From: Chthoniobacteraceae bacterium
GTDB taxonomy: Bacteria > Verrucomicrobiota > Verrucomicrobiia > Chthoniobacterales > Chthoniobacteraceae
Direction: 5' to 3'
Assembly: GCA_040081625.1 (NCBI GenBank)
Contig: JBEBGD010000126.1
Span: 1-14,910 of the forward strand
DNA: 14,910 bases
Positions 14,505 to 14,910 of this stretch are shown one piece after another. The translations under genes and the position numbers were made by a program. The notes beneath the pieces are model-generated. The model was not told where the DNA came from. It was given only the letters and a program-made list of their open reading frames with translations, and did no database searches. The stretch's first letter is position 1. Each line of letters opens with the position of its first letter.

Positions 14505-14910
14505 ACGACGATGCCGAGGTCGCGGAGGAAGAAGTCGCTCAGCAGCCCGGTCGCGCCGGGGCCGGTGGGCGCGGCGGCGAAGGCGTCGGCGGTGAGTTTG
14601 CCGAACTTGAATTTCACCGCGCCGATCTGCGCTTTGCCGATCTGCTGGGCGACGATGCCGAACGTGTCGTCGTTCGCGCTGCTGCCGAGCGCCTGGCCTT
14701 TGATGAGGATGCTCGCGATTTGCGAGATGCGCCCGGCCACGTCGCGCAGGGCGCCAGTCACCGTCTCGTCGTCGGCGGTGCCGGGGAATGTGGCGACGCC
14801 GGTGGAGACGCCCGCGAGCACGCTGCTGGCGATCCGGGCTTCGGGGCTGTCCTCTGACAGGTCGTAGACGCCGGGCAGATCGAGAACCTCGATCCCTGAG
14901 GCCTGCGGTT
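14501..14910 (-). CDS. Partial ORF running off the window edge; 14501-14835 encodes the end of the B/C-type C-terminal module (gene D)
   Basis: IASSVLAGV...ADDETV...IASILIKGQALGSSANDDTFGIVAQQIGKAQIG...FAAAPTGPGATGLLSDFFLRDLGIVV*. The frame stays open to 14908, but similarity to the paralogs stops at about 14835. Confidence 0.7.
   Translation of the reverse strand, partial: PQASGIEVLDLPGVYDLSEDSPEARIASSVLAGVSTGVATFPGTADDETVTGALRDVAGRISQIASILIKGQALGSSANDDTFGIVAQQIGKAQIGAVKFKFGKLTADAFAAAPTGPGATGLLSDFFLRDLGIVV
14828..14908 (-). other. FeoB-GTPase-like peptide (G3 DxxG region) in frame with the gene D tail
   Basis: PQASGIEVLDLPGVYDLSEDSPEARIA resembles the FeoB pattern DLPGxY(S/D)LxxxSx(D/E)Ex(I/V)A. 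Only 27 codons are visible. Confidence 0.5.

Overview
High-GC bacterial DNA (roughly 65-75% by eye) filled by a head-to-tail minus-strand array of large paralogous surface or secreted protein genes. Three are complete: A 725-5107 (1460 aa), B 5159-9712 (1517 aa) and C 9878-14365 (1495 aa). Each starts with a short non-hydrophobic leader ending in (I/V)E(I/P)LE(A/S)RIAPA, a LEPR-XLL / Planctomycete-extracellular-like motif, which suggests a PVC-superphylum host, most plausibly Verrucomicrobiota (inference). A carries autotransporter-associated beta-strand repeats, GGxGxD repeats and seven FG-GAP repeats, but no beta-barrel. B and C carry a repetitive beta-helix-like N-half plus two tandem copies of an unrecognised ~380-400 aa module. 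All three share a 'DQI...GGDGNDV' connector at almost the same position (~aa 610-700). Several things are missed by the ORF track: (i) a collapsed 624-bp paralog at 40-663 made of four pieces in successive frames; (ii) the 3' end of a further paralog at 14501-14835, joined in frame to a FeoB-like G-domain fragment; (iii) two different REP/REPIN-type palindrome families just downstream of stop codons, one overlapping a stop; (iv) a recurring promoter-like motif 6-7 nt upstream of three start codons. The long plus-strand ORFs are antisense shadows. No secretion machinery, RNA gene, transposase or CRISPR array is visible.
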